64,000 bases of DNA, taken from NCBI GenBank assembly GCA_965216325.1, contig OZ244160.1, forward strand, positions 1,344,001-1,408,000, read 5' to 3'. Below are positions 36,868-47,152 of the stretch, one piece after another; the stretch's first letter is position 1, and each line of letters begins with the position of its first letter. Both the position numbers and the translations under genes were made by a program. Source of the DNA: Coraliomargarita sp. (GTDB lineage Bacteria; Verrucomicrobiota; Verrucomicrobiia; Opitutales; Coraliomargaritaceae). The notes beneath the pieces were generated by a model, which searched no databases, was not told the DNA's origin, and saw only the letters and a program-made list of their open reading frames with translations.

Positions 36868-38303
36868 GCTCCAACCGATCGAAACTGCTCAAACGCACTC
36901 AAGGCTCTCGCCCGCCCCTCGCCATGCTCTACAATAGGATATGGATAATCAGCGCCAAGTCGAACGCCCATCGCGGTCAAGACAGGCTCTGAAACCTCCC
37001 AAGGCGTATGGATCTTACTCGCAGGCAACTTAGCCAACTCCGGCACATAGCGCTTCACATACTCACCATCCGGATCAAACTTCTTGCCCTGAATAATCGG
37101 ATTGAACACGCGAAAATACGGCGCAGCATCGGCACCACATCCGCCACTCCACTGCCAGCCAAGCGTGTTACTCGCCAAATCAGCATCCACTAAGGTATCC
37201 CAAAACCAACGCGCACCCGCCTTCCAGTCCTGGAGCAGGTGTTTGACCAGGAAAGACGCCACAATCATTCGCACCCGGTTGTGCATCCAGCCAGTCTGCC
37301 ACAACTGACGCATGCCCGCATCAATAATCGGATACCCGGTCTGTCCCAGTTGCCAAGAACCCAGTAGCGCCGCATCTGACTCCCATGGGAAGCTTTCATA
37401 CTCGGGCCTCAACGGACGATCCACCGTATGCGGAAAATGATACAGCACATGATACGCAAACTCACGCCAATAGAGCTCCTTCAAATACACAAATGCGCCG
37501 CCCTGCTCACTCTCATAAGCTCCTTGAAGCGCCGCAACAATCTGGCGCGGCCCGATCTGCCCAAAATGTAAATAAGGCGACAAGCAGGACGTGCCATCCA
37601 GATCCGGGCGATCACGATCCACATCATATGCCTCAGCTCCCGCCCTCACAAACGACTTCAAGCGCTTCAACGCGCCGCGCTCCGTAGGACTCCAGCCCGA
37701 CATCATCTGCCCAGCCCATGGTCTTTCCGGCAAAAGCCCCAAAGAAAGCAAAGGCTCGGAACTCGGAAGCGTATCGCAAAAACACAAAGCCCAATAATCA
37801 GGCTCCACCGGCAGTTCGACTAAGCGTTGGCGCGCCGCTTTAAAATAAGGTGTATAGACCTTATAGGGCTGCCCTGTTTTCGTTCCAACCACATGCGGCT
37901 CGTTCAGTAGCGACGAATTGAAACTCTTTGCCTCGACCCCATACGATACCAACTGCCGTTTGATACTCGCATCCAACTCTCTGCCAGCAGGATCGTAACG
38001 CCGGTTCCAATAAACCGCGCCCGCTCCCGTCTCGCGAACGACCTCATTCAGCACCCCTGCCGTATCCCCAGAACGAAGGATCAACTGCCCCCCGAGCTTA
38101 CGGAGCTCCACATCCAGACCTTCAAGCGCAGCGTGCAACCACACCTTCGAGGCGCCTCCGGGAGCCCAGTCGCCCCCCATCTGCACATCATGTATATAAA
38201 GCGGAATGATCGATCGGCCCTGTCCGATCGCAGCAGCCAGCGCTGCATTGTCACGCAGGCGCAGGTCCCGGCGAAACCAGAGTATTAATGGTTGCTTAGA
38301 CAT
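36864..38303 (-). CDS. phrB: Deoxyribodipyrimidine photolyase (class I/III CPD)
   Basis: WFRRDLRLRDN, TSCLSPYLHFG, WREF, GQTGYPIIDAGMRQL, HNRVRM, DADLASNTLGWQW, RVFNP. Confidence 0.96.
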   Translation of the reverse strand: MSKQPLILWFRRDLRLRDNAALAAAIGQGRSIIPLYIHDVQMGGDWAPGGASKVWLHAALEGLDVELRKLGGQLILRSGDTAGVLNEVVRETGAGAVYWNRRYDPAGRELDASIKRQLVSYGVEAKSFNSSLLNEPHVVGTKTGQPYKVYTPYFKAARQRLVELPVEPDYWALCFCDTLPSSEPLLSLGLLPERPWAGQMMSGWSPTERGALKRLKSFVRAGAEAYDVDRDRPDLDGTSCLSPYLHFGQIGPRQIVAALQGAYESEQGGAFVYLKELYWREFAYHVLYHFPHTVDRPLRPEYESFPWESDAALLGSWQLGQTGYPIIDAGMRQLWQTGWMHNRVRMIVASFLVKHLLQDWKAGARWFWDTLVDADLASNTLGWQWSGGCGADAAPYFRVFNPIIQGKKFDPDGEYVKRYVPELAKLPASKIHTPWEVSEPVLTAMGVRLGADYPYPIVEHGEGRARALSAFEQFRSVGA

Positions 38304-38404
38304 CTATCTAAACTAACCCAACAGAACAGGAAACCTTACAGAAACGCCACACAAGTCGGCTGTAACAATGTTAACGCGAAGTACACAAATGAGCCACATT
38401 TAGC

Positions 38405-38470
38405 CCAAAACGATCATAAAAGGGCCACAGTTCACACTATTGTAACAATTGTGACGCTGTTCCGTAACCT
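38405..38470 (+). promoter_or_regulatory. Pho-box-like direct repeats upstream of the porin gene
   Basis: TTCAC (38431) and GTAAC (38442) at 11-bp spacing, plus GTGAC (38451) and GTAAC (38464). Confidence 0.5.
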
Positions 38471-38552
38471 TGATGGGCTATTTGTTACGGCGTCGCGACA
38501 AAAGCCACGAGGCATCCGCGAATCACTAAACAAAAGACAACAAACATACACG

Positions 38553-39692
38553 ATGAATACACCATCACGCATCCTTGGCCTGACTGCTCTCGCGGCAGCC
38601 AGCACTCCACTCGTCGCAGGCGCGTCCGAGACCCTCGAGAAGCTCGAGTCCAACCTCGAAAAAGCACTCAGCTATGCGACCCTTTACAAGAACGAAGACA
38701 ACAGCTTCATCCAAAAGGTAGCCTTCACTGGTCGTCTTCAGTATGACTATGCCTACTACGACAACGAAGAGACCAGCCACATTGAAGAGAACGAATGGCG
38801 CCGCGCTCGCGCAGGCTTCAAGGTCGACTTCCTCAACGAGTTCCAAGCACACGCAGAAATGGACATGGACTTTAACGACCACGACCCGGTCTACAACCGC
38901 CTCACCGATGCTTACATCGCATGGAAGCCAAACAGCGACCTGAAGATCAAGGTGGGTAAGCAATCCGCAGGCTTCACCCTCGACGGCGCGACTTCCTCCA
39001 AGAAGCTCTACCGTGCAGAGCGTAGCCTCATCGGCAGCAACATCTGGTTCGGCACTGAGTATTTCGTCGGTGCAACTGTAGCAGGCAAGCACGACAACTG
39101 GAACTGGAAGGGCGGCCTATTCTCTAACACACGCCGCCAGGAATTCGACAACACCTTCGACGGCAGCTGGTTCACCCTCGCTAGCGTTGGCTACAACTTC
39201 GCAGACGCACTCGAAGTCGACAACGCCACACTGCGCCTCGACTACGTCCACCAAGACGAAGCCAGCAACAGCGAAAGCCAATACACACACAGCCGCGACA
39301 ACCTCGAAAACATCGTATCTCTATCTTTCAAATACGACGACGGGAAGAAGCACCTCCACACCGATCTTGCCTACGCCGACGAACTTGACGGCAACGACAT
39401 TTTCGCCCTCCAGATCATGCCATTCTATGACCTGACCGAGCGCTTCCAAGTCGTAGGCAGCTACACCTACATCGAGAACGACGACGGCGGTCTTCGCGTA
39501 AGCCGTTACGCACGCCGCGCAGGAACAGCTGGAAACGACCCAGTCGACGAAATCCACGAGTTCTACCTCGGCTTGAACACCTACCTTTACGGTCACAAGG
39601 TGAAGTGGCAAAACGGCATCGAATATGCGACCACTAACGACGACGAATACGAAGGCCTCGGCTTCACCTCCGCATTCCGCTTCAGCTGGTAA
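38553..39692 (+). CDS. Phosphate-selective porin (OprO/OprP-like)
   Basis: Signal peptide; FTGRLQYDY, WRRARAG, LTDAYI, KVGKQ, ERS; terminal FSW; immediately upstream of pstS. Confidence 0.85.
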   Translation: MNTPSRILGLTALAAASTPLVAGASETLEKLESNLEKALSYATLYKNEDNSFIQKVAFTGRLQYDYAYYDNEETSHIEENEWRRARAGFKVDFLNEFQAHAEMDMDFNDHDPVYNRLTDAYIAWKPNSDLKIKVGKQSAGFTLDGATSSKKLYRAERSLIGSNIWFGTEYFVGATVAGKHDNWNWKGGLFSNTRRQEFDNTFDGSWFTLASVGYNFADALEVDNATLRLDYVHQDEASNSESQYTHSRDNLENIVSLSFKYDDGKKHLHTDLAYADELDGNDIFALQIMPFYDLTERFQVVGSYTYIENDDGGLRVSRYARRAGTAGNDPVDEIHEFYLGLNTYLYGHKVKWQNGIEYATTNDDEYEGLGFTSAFRFSW

Positions 39693-39790
39693 CTCTTAAC
39701 AATGTGACGCCGTTGTCACAGCAACGGCGTCCTTTCGTAACGTAACTAGGTTAAATTTCATACAGCCGGCCCAACCGGCACTCTAATACT

Positions 39791-40615
39791 ATGAAGACAC
39801 AATCCATTCGTAACATTCTCGCAGTCGCCGCACTTACCTTCGGCGCCTCGCTTCAAGCGACCGAAACTCTGGTCATCAAGGGCTCCGACACACTTGGCGC
39901 AAAGATGGTTCCTCAGCTTGCTGAGGCATTCAAAGCAAAGATGCAAAAGCAAGGCGTTGACGTTGCTTTCGAAATCGCAGCTGAAGGCTCCTCCACTGGC
40001 GTCGCTTCTGTAATCGATGCAACTGCAGAAATCGGCATGTCCTCCCGCGACCCGAAGGATAAGGAAGTCGCTAAGGCTAAGACCAAGGGTGTCGACATGA
40101 AGACCCTCACAGTAGCTAAGGACGGCATCGCGATCATCGTAAACGAATCCAGCCCGCTTGAGTCCATCACCGTTGACGAGATCGAAATGATCTTCTCCGG
40201 CGATGCAACTGACTGGTCCGCAATCAGCACACAAACTGGCCCAATCTCAGCTTACACACGTAACACTTCCTCCGGAACCTACGCGGTCTTCCAAAAGCTC
40301 GGCATGAACTCCCGCGACTATGGTCCGGAAACTCAGAAGATGGCAGGCAACGAACAAATCGCTGCTGAAGTTGCAAAGAACCCAAATGGCATCGGCTACG
40401 TCGGTCTCGCTTACATCAACACACCGGGCGTTAAAGTTCTCCCAGTTGAAGGTGCAGCACCAACATCCGCCGACTACCCACTCGCTCGCCCACTTTACTA
40501 CCTGATCAACGGTGGTAAGGAGCTCAGCAGCACTGCCAACGACTTCATCGGTTTCACGATGAGCCCCGAAGGTCAGGCAATCATCGAGCGCGTGCACTTC
40601 CTGTCGATCTACTAA
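39791..40615 (+). CDS. pstS: Phosphate ABC transporter substrate-binding protein
   Basis: [48 protein letters not shown]. Confidence 0.95.
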   Translation: MKTQSIRNILAVAALTFGASLQATETLVIKGSDTLGAKMVPQLAEAFKAKMQKQGVDVAFEIAAEGSSTGVASVIDATAEIGMSSRDPKDKEVAKAKTKGVDMKTLTVAKDGIAIIVNESSPLESITVDEIEMIFSGDATDWSAISTQTGPISAYTRNTSSGTYAVFQKLGMNSRDYGPETQKMAGNEQIAAEVAKNPNGIGYVGLAYINTPGVKVLPVEGAAPTSADYPLARPLYYLINGGKELSSTANDFIGFTMSPEGQAIIERVHFLSIY

Positions 40616-40637
40616 GATCCGAATTACTATCACTCCT

Positions 40638-40669
40638 AAGGCCGTCGCCCAACAGGCGACGGCCTTTTT
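40638..40669 (+). terminator. Terminator or stabilising hairpin after pstS
   Basis: AAGGCCGTCGCC-CAACA-GGCGACGGCCTTTTT. Confidence 0.85.
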
Positions 40670-40752
40670 CATGTTGGGGTCCCGCCTTTAGATCGATTTA
40701 AGCCCAAATAAGCACAACTCGACCGCAACATGCTGTAGCGCAACAAACAACG

Positions 40753-40786
40753 CTTGTCACATTTCGTAACACAATCGTAACTTTAC
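40753..40786 (+). promoter_or_regulatory. Pho-box-like triple repeat upstream of pstC
   Basis: GTCAC (40756), GTAAC (40766), GTAAC (40777): 10/11-bp periodicity. Confidence 0.55.
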
Positions 40787-40881
40787 TAGGCTTGGATTCG
40801 GCAAACTAGGTCCTATACATCCCTCCGAACACGACTTTTGTAACAAAAGCACTTCGCTGATTTTAACACTTTTTAATCCGT

Positions 40882-42693
40882 ATGGACCCGCTCACCGAAA
40901 ACACTACACCGCAGCAACAGCCGGCCTTTAGCCGTCGCCGCGCCGTGCTCTTCGGAAAAGACTCCGACAGCATCATCAAAGCCTTCTTTGGTAGCTCCGC
41001 TACCGTGGCGATCGTGGTCCTCACACTGATCACGATTTTCCTCTTTAAAGAAGGCGCCGGCTTTTTGGGGCTCTACCACAAGAGTCTAACCGAATATCGC
41101 CAGTCCGGCCTCGAATACGTCGATATACTTAAAGAAAAACGCGACGGCTACACTGCCCTCACCCGCTATCTCAATGACGTGCGCGCTGAGTGGATCAACC
41201 AACTTAAAGACGAAGGCCTCGCACAGAAGGACATCTCCAAGACTGTCATGTCCCCCGAGGCCAAGGCCCTCTTCATGGGCTACATGCGCACTGGTTCGGA
41301 CCTGCGTCGCTTTATTAAAGAAAAGATGGATGCGGCCATCGAAATCCGTGATCAACACATTACCAACGAGAATCTGCGCGAGACGCTAGGTAACTACGCC
41401 GACAAGATCGATGCAGTCAGTAGCTATAACTACAAGCTCAACGACGAAGACCGCGCACAATTCATTCTGCGCCTGAATGAGAACATCCGCGCAAACTCCC
41501 TCAACACAGCTAAAGTCGAAACAGGACGCGCACTCCTCGCCAAACTCGAAGCCGGCTCCGCAATCGATAACAGCGATCGCGAGGTCTACCTCAGTCTCTT
41601 GCAGGAACAATACGAAGCCATTGAAGCCACCATCGTCCCACTCGATTTCAGCGAAGAAATCGAAGCAGTCACCAACGAGCAAGATCGCTACGCCGAAGTA
41701 TTGGCCGATCTTGAGAGCTCGATCAACGAAGTGCTCGTCAAGGCCGATGCCGTCGAATTCAACAACGAGGAACTCAGCGAACGCATCGAGCGCTTTAAGG
41801 AACTCAACGCACTCTATCTTTCCGATATCCCCAAGCACAAGGAAGCCCTCACCGCTTGGGATCAAAATGCCAGCATCTCAATCTGGTGGGCACTCGGAGC
41901 CTTCCTCACCGGTAAAGAGTGGGTCACTGCGAGTGACCAGCAAGACTGGTATGGTCTGCTCCCACTCCTCTCCGGCTCACTGCTCATCTCGGTTATCGCC
42001 CTCTTTTTCGCAATTCCATTTGGCGTCGGTGCCGCGATCTACGTCAACCAAATCGCCGGCCCAGTTGAGCGCAACCTGATCAAGCCTTACATCGAATTCG
42101 TCTCCGCGATTCCATCGGTCGTCATCGGTTTCTTCGGTGTCGTGGTATTCGGCGAATTCATCCGCATGTTCTCGCAATTTGAGTTCATGGCTTGGGTGCC
42201 GTTCTTCCCGCTTCAGGAGCGCTTGAATGCCTTCACTGCTGGCTGCCTACTCGCACTCATGGCGATCCCGACGATTTTCACGCTGGCTGAGGATGCGATC
42301 AACAACATCCCTCGCCACTTCAAAGAAGCCTCGCTCGCAATTGGTGCCACACCACTGCAAACCACAATGCGCGTCATCGTGCCAACTGCACTCTCCGGTA
42401 TCATCTCCGCGATCATGCTCGGCTTCGGCCGCGTCATCGGCGAAACCATGGTGGTGCTCCTCTGTGCGGGTAACCGTATCAAGATCCCAGACTTCACCGA
42501 GGGCATGGGGGTCTTCTACCAACCGGTGCACACCATGACGGGTATCATCGCTCAGGAAATGGGTGAAGTGGTTCGCGGCAGCCTACACTACCGCGCCCTC
42601 TTCATGGTCGGCATCGTGCTCTTCTTTGCCTCGCTCGTAATCAACCTCAGCGCCCAATGGGTCGTGAAACGCTACCGCAAGGTCGGCGACTAA
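40882..42693 (+). CDS. pstC: Phosphate ABC transporter permease PstC with a large soluble insertion
   Basis: [29 protein letters not shown] (EAA loop), [20 protein letters not shown]. Confidence 0.95.
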   Translation: MDPLTENTTPQQQPAFSRRRAVLFGKDSDSIIKAFFGSSATVAIVVLTLITIFLFKEGAGFLGLYHKSLTEYRQSGLEYVDILKEKRDGYTALTRYLNDVRAEWINQLKDEGLAQKDISKTVMSPEAKALFMGYMRTGSDLRRFIKEKMDAAIEIRDQHITNENLRETLGNYADKIDAVSSYNYKLNDEDRAQFILRLNENIRANSLNTAKVETGRALLAKLEAGSAIDNSDREVYLSLLQEQYEAIEATIVPLDFSEEIEAVTNEQDRYAEVLADLESSINEVLVKADAVEFNNEELSERIERFKELNALYLSDIPKHKEALTAWDQNASISIWWALGAFLTGKEWVTASDQQDWYGLLPLLSGSLLISVIALFFAIPFGVGAAIYVNQIAGPVERNLIKPYIEFVSAIPSVVIGFFGVVVFGEFIRMFSQFEFMAWVPFFPLQERLNAFTAGCLLALMAIPTIFTLAEDAINNIPRHFKEASLAIGATPLQTTMRVIVPTALSGIISAIMLGFGRVIGETMVVLLCAGNRIKIPDFTEGMGVFYQPVHTMTGIIAQEMGEVVRGSLHYRALFMVGIVLFFASLVINLSAQWVVKRYRKVGD

Positions 42694-42721
42694 ACCGGAA
42701 TCACGCAACCAGGACTCCATC

Positions 42722-43924
42722 ATGGCTGATCAAAAATTACACATTTTCTCACACCGCCCATCGCGTCGTAAGACCTTCGAGAGCTTCACCACACTGTTCT
42801 TTCGACTGGCAACCTACTGCGTAATCGCAGCAGCGGGTTACATCTTCCTCGACATCGCGGTCAACGGCTCCAAGGCAGTCTTCACCAGCAAGGCACCATT
42901 CATCAATGTCAGCTTCCTCACTGAGAAGCCGCAAACCTTGCACGTGTTCGAGCCAAAGGAGCCCTACGATGCCTTGCAGGCCAATGGACGCAAAATCCTT
43001 TCGCTGAACACCAAGATCAACGGGCTCGGTTCCAAAGAGGTCGAACAGAAGCAGGCCTACTTGGACGAGATTGCAGCAATCGAAGCGGAAAACAAAGAAC
43101 TCGATGTTGCCCGCAAGGCCGACCGCCTAATGTATAGCGACAACGAGTATCGCGCTCTCGAAAATCCGCCCAACAAAGAGAATTACGCCTACGCAACTTA
43201 CGCTTACAGTGGCGGTGGTATCGGCCCTGCGATTATCGGCACCTGTCTTTTGGTTGCCGGCTCGATCGCAATTGCACTGAGCCTTGGCGTGCTCTGCGCC
43301 ATCTACCTCAGTGAATACAGCCGCCCGGGCAAAACACTACAAATCATTCGCCTGTCGATTTTGAATCTCTCTGGCGTGCCATCGATCGTCTTCGGTCTAT
43401 TCGGCTTTGGTATGTTCGTTCTGTTCTTCGACTGGGGCGTCTCGATGATCGCCGGTTGGTTCACACTCGCGATCATGGCTCTGCCAGTCATCATCGCAGC
43501 CAGTGAGGAATCCATGCGTGCGATCCCCAAAGGCTTCCGCGAAGGCTCACTTGCACTGGGTGCATCCAAGTGGACCTCGATCCGCACCAACGTGCTACCC
43601 TACGCCATGCCGGGCATTCTGACTTCCTCGATCATGGGTATCGCTCGTGTCGCCGGTGAGACCGCACCCATCATGTTCACCGCAGCCTTCGCCTTGCGAG
43701 ACCAGCTGCCATGGGAAGGCCTCAAAGAGCCAACCGATTTCGTTTTCCAGGGTGTGATGGCACTCCCCTACCACATCTACGTCGTCAGCTCGAAGATCCC
43801 GCAAAACGAATACACCAAGAACATGCAGTATGGTGCGGCCTTCGTCTTCCTCTTCATCGTCGGCTTCTTCGCCCTCAGCAGCATCCTCCTTCGTATCCAA
43901 GTCCGTAAGAAGTATAAGTGGTAG
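42722..43924 (+). CDS. pstA: Phosphate ABC transporter permease PstA with insertion
   Basis: [50 protein letters not shown]. Confidence 0.95.
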   Translation: MADQKLHIFSHRPSRRKTFESFTTLFFRLATYCVIAAAGYIFLDIAVNGSKAVFTSKAPFINVSFLTEKPQTLHVFEPKEPYDALQANGRKILSLNTKINGLGSKEVEQKQAYLDEIAAIEAENKELDVARKADRLMYSDNEYRALENPPNKENYAYATYAYSGGGIGPAIIGTCLLVAGSIAIALSLGVLCAIYLSEYSRPGKTLQIIRLSILNLSGVPSIVFGLFGFGMFVLFFDWGVSMIAGWFTLAIMALPVIIAASEESMRAIPKGFREGSLALGASKWTSIRTNVLPYAMPGILTSSIMGIARVAGETAPIMFTAAFALRDQLPWEGLKEPTDFVFQGVMALPYHIYVVSSKIPQNEYTKNMQYGAAFVFLFIVGFFALSSILLRIQVRKKYKW

Positions 43925-43987
43925 TAGCTCGCCGGCCGAGCATACCTTACAACCTTCATACATTCCAACTTTCCCACTCTAGAAAAA

Positions 43988-44797
43988 ATGAGCGTCGAAA
44001 TTAAAACCACCGCCAAGCCAGCAGAACCTAAGACCGATGCACCGACGATTATCGAGGTGCGCGACTTCGACTTCTGCTACGGCGACTCGCAGGCACTGTT
44101 CAAAATCAACATGGACATCCGCGAGAAGGAAGTCACCGCCTTCATCGGGCCATCCGGTTGCGGCAAGTCCACCTTCCTGCGCTGCTTCAACCGCATGAAC
44201 GACTTGATCGACGTCGCCCGCATCGCAGGCGGTAGCGTGCGCATCAGTGACATCGACATCTACGGTCGCGACGTCGACGTAATCGAGCTGCGCAAGCACG
44301 TCGGCATGGTGTTCCAGAAGTCGAACCCCTTCCCAAAGTCGATCTACGACAACATCGCTTACGGCATGCGCATTCAGGGCATTAAGAAAAAGAGTGAACT
44401 CGACGATGTGGTTGAAGAATGCCTTCGTGGTGCTGCCCTATGGGACGAGGTCAAAGATCGTCTCAACGAAAGCGCACTCGGCATGTCCGGTGGTCAGCAG
44501 CAACGCCTGTGTATCGCCCGTGCACTCGCCGTGAAACCAAAGATTCTCCTCATGGACGAGCCGTGTTCCGCGCTCGACCCAATCGCCACTGCGAAAGTGG
44601 AAGAGCTCATCCACGAATTGAAGAAGGACTACACCATCGTCATCGTGACACACAACATGCAGCAGGCCGCACGTGTGTCCGACCGCACCGCGTTCTTCTA
44701 CCTCGGCAAGCTCATCGAGTATGATGTAACCGACAACATTTTCATGAACCCAAGCGACCCACAAACCGAGGCCTACGTCTCCGGACGCTTCGGATAA
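43988..44797 (+). CDS. pstB: Phosphate ABC transporter ATP-binding protein
   Basis: [53 protein letters not shown]. Confidence 0.98.
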   Translation: MSVEIKTTAKPAEPKTDAPTIIEVRDFDFCYGDSQALFKINMDIREKEVTAFIGPSGCGKSTFLRCFNRMNDLIDVARIAGGSVRISDIDIYGRDVDVIELRKHVGMVFQKSNPFPKSIYDNIAYGMRIQGIKKKSELDDVVEECLRGAALWDEVKDRLNESALGMSGGQQQRLCIARALAVKPKILLMDEPCSALDPIATAKVEELIHELKKDYTIVIVTHNMQQAARVSDRTAFFYLGKLIEYDVTDNIFMNPSDPQTEAYVSGRFG

Positions 44798-44838
44798 AAA
44801 CTGCCCACAGACCCGACCTAATAATAGCCAACCCAAAC

Positions 44839-45480
44839 ATGACTATGAACCGCTACTTTCACGCAGAACTCGAAGAGATCAAAAACCAGCTGATCCTGAT
44901 TGGCGAAAAAGCCAACGAAGCTGCACGCATCGCCGTAGATGGCTTCCTCGAAAACGATCTCGCCAAGATCGATAAGGCGATCTCCTTGGACGACGAAATC
45001 GACCAAATCGAACAGGACATCGACCGCGCCGCCGTGCGTTACATTACGCTGCGCGGCCCTGTATCCAGCGACGTTCGCTTAATCTTCGTTGCGATCAAAG
45101 CAAGCCACGACATTGAGCGTGTCGGTGACGAAGCACACAGCATCGGCAAGCATGCTAAGAAAATCCTCACCCGCGAGGGCCGTCTTGAGAACTACGGTAC
45201 CATCCAGGAAATGAGCGAGATCGCGTGCGGCATGATGAGCGACGCGATTACTTGCTTCGTTGAACAAGACATCGAACTCGCACGCGAACTCATCGAGCGC
45301 GACAAGCGGGTCGACAAACTAAACCGTGAGAACTTCAAGGCCTTTGCGAAAAAGGGTAATCCAAACACAGACAACGTCACCGACTTCGAGATCACACTGA
45401 TCTCACGTTCCATTGAGCGCATTGCAGATCACTCCACAAATCTCGCCGAAGAAGTTATCTATTTGCTAACAGGCGAATAA
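44839..45480 (+). CDS. phoU: Phosphate signalling protein PhoU
   Basis: Two PhoU repeats: DDEID...ERVGD and DKRVD...ERIADHSTNLAE. Confidence 0.95.
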   Translation: MTMNRYFHAELEEIKNQLILIGEKANEAARIAVDGFLENDLAKIDKAISLDDEIDQIEQDIDRAAVRYITLRGPVSSDVRLIFVAIKASHDIERVGDEAHSIGKHAKKILTREGRLENYGTIQEMSEIACGMMSDAITCFVEQDIELARELIERDKRVDKLNRENFKAFAKKGNPNTDNVTDFEITLISRSIERIADHSTNLAEEVIYLLTGE

Positions 45481-45640
45481 CGAAACGATTGCCATCAAGA
45501 TTTAACGTTATTTCGGGTAAGATTATTGTATCATTTTGGCCTCATATCTGCTATAGGGGGCTGTGTTGAATGATTTAGAACGTTTGTTTTTCTAAACTGT
45601 TCGATCAACAACCACTAATTAGCTTAACTAGAAATTAATC

Positions 45641-46078
45641 ATGGCAAAGAAAACAACCAAGAAGGCTGCTAAGAAAGTAGCCGCTAAGAAGGCACCGGCG
45701 AAGAAGGCACCGGCTAAGAAGGCTCCAGCCAAGAAAGCTCCCACTAAGAAAGCTCCAGCCAAGAAAGCTCCCACTAAGAAGGCTCCTGCTAAGAAGAAGG
45801 CAGCTTCCAAGAAGCTGGTTGAAACCAGCCTCATCGCACGCGTTGACGTCGGCTTCGGCAACAGCCTCTATGTTCGTGGTGAAGGCGCTGGCCTGAGCTG
45901 GGAAAAGGGCACCCTTCTTGAGAACGTCACTCCATACGAGTGGGCACTCAAGACCACCAAGGCCAAGGGTCCAGTTACCTTCAAGTTCCTCATCAACGAT
46001 GAGCTCTGGGCTGAAGGTGAGAACATCACCGTTGCAGCTGGCGAAACATCGATTAGCACACCAGCTTTCGTTTGGTAA
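45641..46078 (+). CDS. Histone H1-like (KKAPA repeat) protein with a C-terminal CBM20-like beta domain
   Basis: Lys/Ala/Pro-rich N-terminus; C-terminal VDVGFGNSLYVRGEGAGLSWEKG...FKFLINDELWAEGEN. Confidence 0.8.
   Translation: MAKKTTKKAAKKVAAKKAPAKKAPAKKAPAKKAPTKKAPAKKAPTKKAPAKKKAASKKLVETSLIARVDVGFGNSLYVRGEGAGLSWEKGTLLENVTPYEWALKTTKAKGPVTFKFLINDELWAEGENITVAAGETSISTPAFVW
45686..45790 (+). repeat. Seven tandem 15-bp coding repeats (KKAP[A/T])
   Basis: AAGAA[AG]GC[AT]CC.[AG]C. x7 within the CDS. Confidence 0.9.
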
Positions 46079-46101
46079 TTTATTGCCACCTGAACTTTCA
46101 G

Positions 46102-46135
46102 AAGCCTGTCGGTCCTGCACCGGCAGGCTTTTTTG
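46102..46135 (+). terminator. Rho-independent terminator
   Basis: AAGCCTGTCGGT-CCTGC-ACCGGCAGGCTTTTTT. Confidence 0.85.
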
Positions 46136-46140
46136 TGCAG

Positions 46141-46206
46141 GTAGGGTTCGATATCCCTATCGAACCGTGGCGTATGAGGCGGCGCGTTAAGGATAACACG
46201 CCCTAC
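46141..46206. repeat. GTAG-family REP inverted pair
   Basis: GTAGGGTTCGATATCCCTATCGAACCG ... CGGCGCGTTAAGGATAACACGCCCTAC between convergent genes. Confidence 0.75.
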
Positions 46207-46219
46207 CACGATCACAGAC

Positions 46220-46915
46220 CTACTCAGTTGTAGGATTCACTAACTCGTCTTTAGTAATCGCATCGAGGCGCTGCTTTAAAATTGCAGCAGCTTCCGCAGG
46301 GTCACTCGCACCTAGCTGATCGGGCATACCAACACTCACCAGCTTCGCCTCAATCGTAGTAAATGGATACGGCAGGTAAAATTTATCCCAGCTCTTCAAG
46401 CGCCAGGCTTTGCCGAAATTAAACGACAGCAGCACAATCGGCGTGTTGGTTTTGAGCGCAACGGTCACTGCGCCCGCCTTCATATCGTAGATCGGGCCGC
46501 GCGAACCGTCGGGTGTAATACCAATATCATAGCCCTGCTCGTTCGCCTCGATTAGCTCACGCACCGCCTGCGGGCCACGATTGTAACGTGAACCACGCAC
46601 CGGATGCATCCCAACCTGCTTCAGAAAAGCAGATAGCCATGCGCCATCGCCACTCGCACTGATCAACACAGCCAGTTTGCGATGCTTGAAGTTACGACGA
46701 AAAAAGGACGGTGCGACAAACAAGCGATTATGCCAGAGGATCACCACCGATGGTGGGATCTCGCCGTCGATAAAGGCCTGCGTCTCTGCATCCACCCGGA
46801 AGCGCAAAGTGCGCGACCAAGCCGCCATGAACCAAGCCAACAAGCGCACCAGTAGCAGCTCGTGCCAGCGGAGCTGCTGAGCCGCCCCCTTGTTGACCTT
46901 ACGTTTTTTTGCCAT
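46220..46915 (-). CDS. DUF374 / lysophospholipid acyltransferase-family protein
   Basis: [39 protein letters not shown]. Confidence 0.9.
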   Translation of the reverse strand: MAKKRKVNKGAAQQLRWHELLLVRLLAWFMAAWSRTLRFRVDAETQAFIDGEIPPSVVILWHNRLFVAPSFFRRNFKHRKLAVLISASGDGAWLSAFLKQVGMHPVRGSRYNRGPQAVRELIEANEQGYDIGITPDGSRGPIYDMKAGAVTVALKTNTPIVLLSFNFGKAWRLKSWDKFYLPYPFTTIEAKLVSVGMPDQLGASDPAEAAAILKQRLDAITKDELVNPTTE

Positions 46916-47039
46916 CACGCACACCCTTGAGCCATTCCCGCGCGCGATCAACCCAAACCATGCCTACGGGTTCTCAAATAATGGAGGACGAGTCTTTGTA
47001 GTCTAAGACCAGCCGAAAGCAGAACTGTTTCAACGTAAG

Positions 47040-47065
47040 CGGTCGCCTCGGCGATGCGACCCTAC
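47040..47065 (-). repeat. Single GTAG-family REP
   Basis: Minus strand GTAGGGTCGCATCGCCGAGGCGACCG. Confidence 0.65.
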
Positions 47066-47152
47066 CGCTAAAAGCGCCCCAACCCGAGTTCGAATGCCCC
47101 CCTCAAACGTAATCTTGACCCAAAATCAGCAAACGACATCCTGCGGCCCCTT

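Noticed and set aside
38292..38552. N-terminal 87-aa extension of the porin ORF
   Set aside because: It overlaps the phrB start and the divergent regulatory region; the signal peptide begins at ATG 38553
45686..45790. Tandem repeats as a CRISPR array
   Set aside because: They are 15-bp in-frame coding repeats without spacers; I saw no CRISPR array anywhere in the window
46952..47152. T-box or glycine riboswitch upstream of glyQS
   Set aside because: No T-box consensus or aptamer motifs; the hairpin is a REP, and a promoter-like TTGACC lies just before the start
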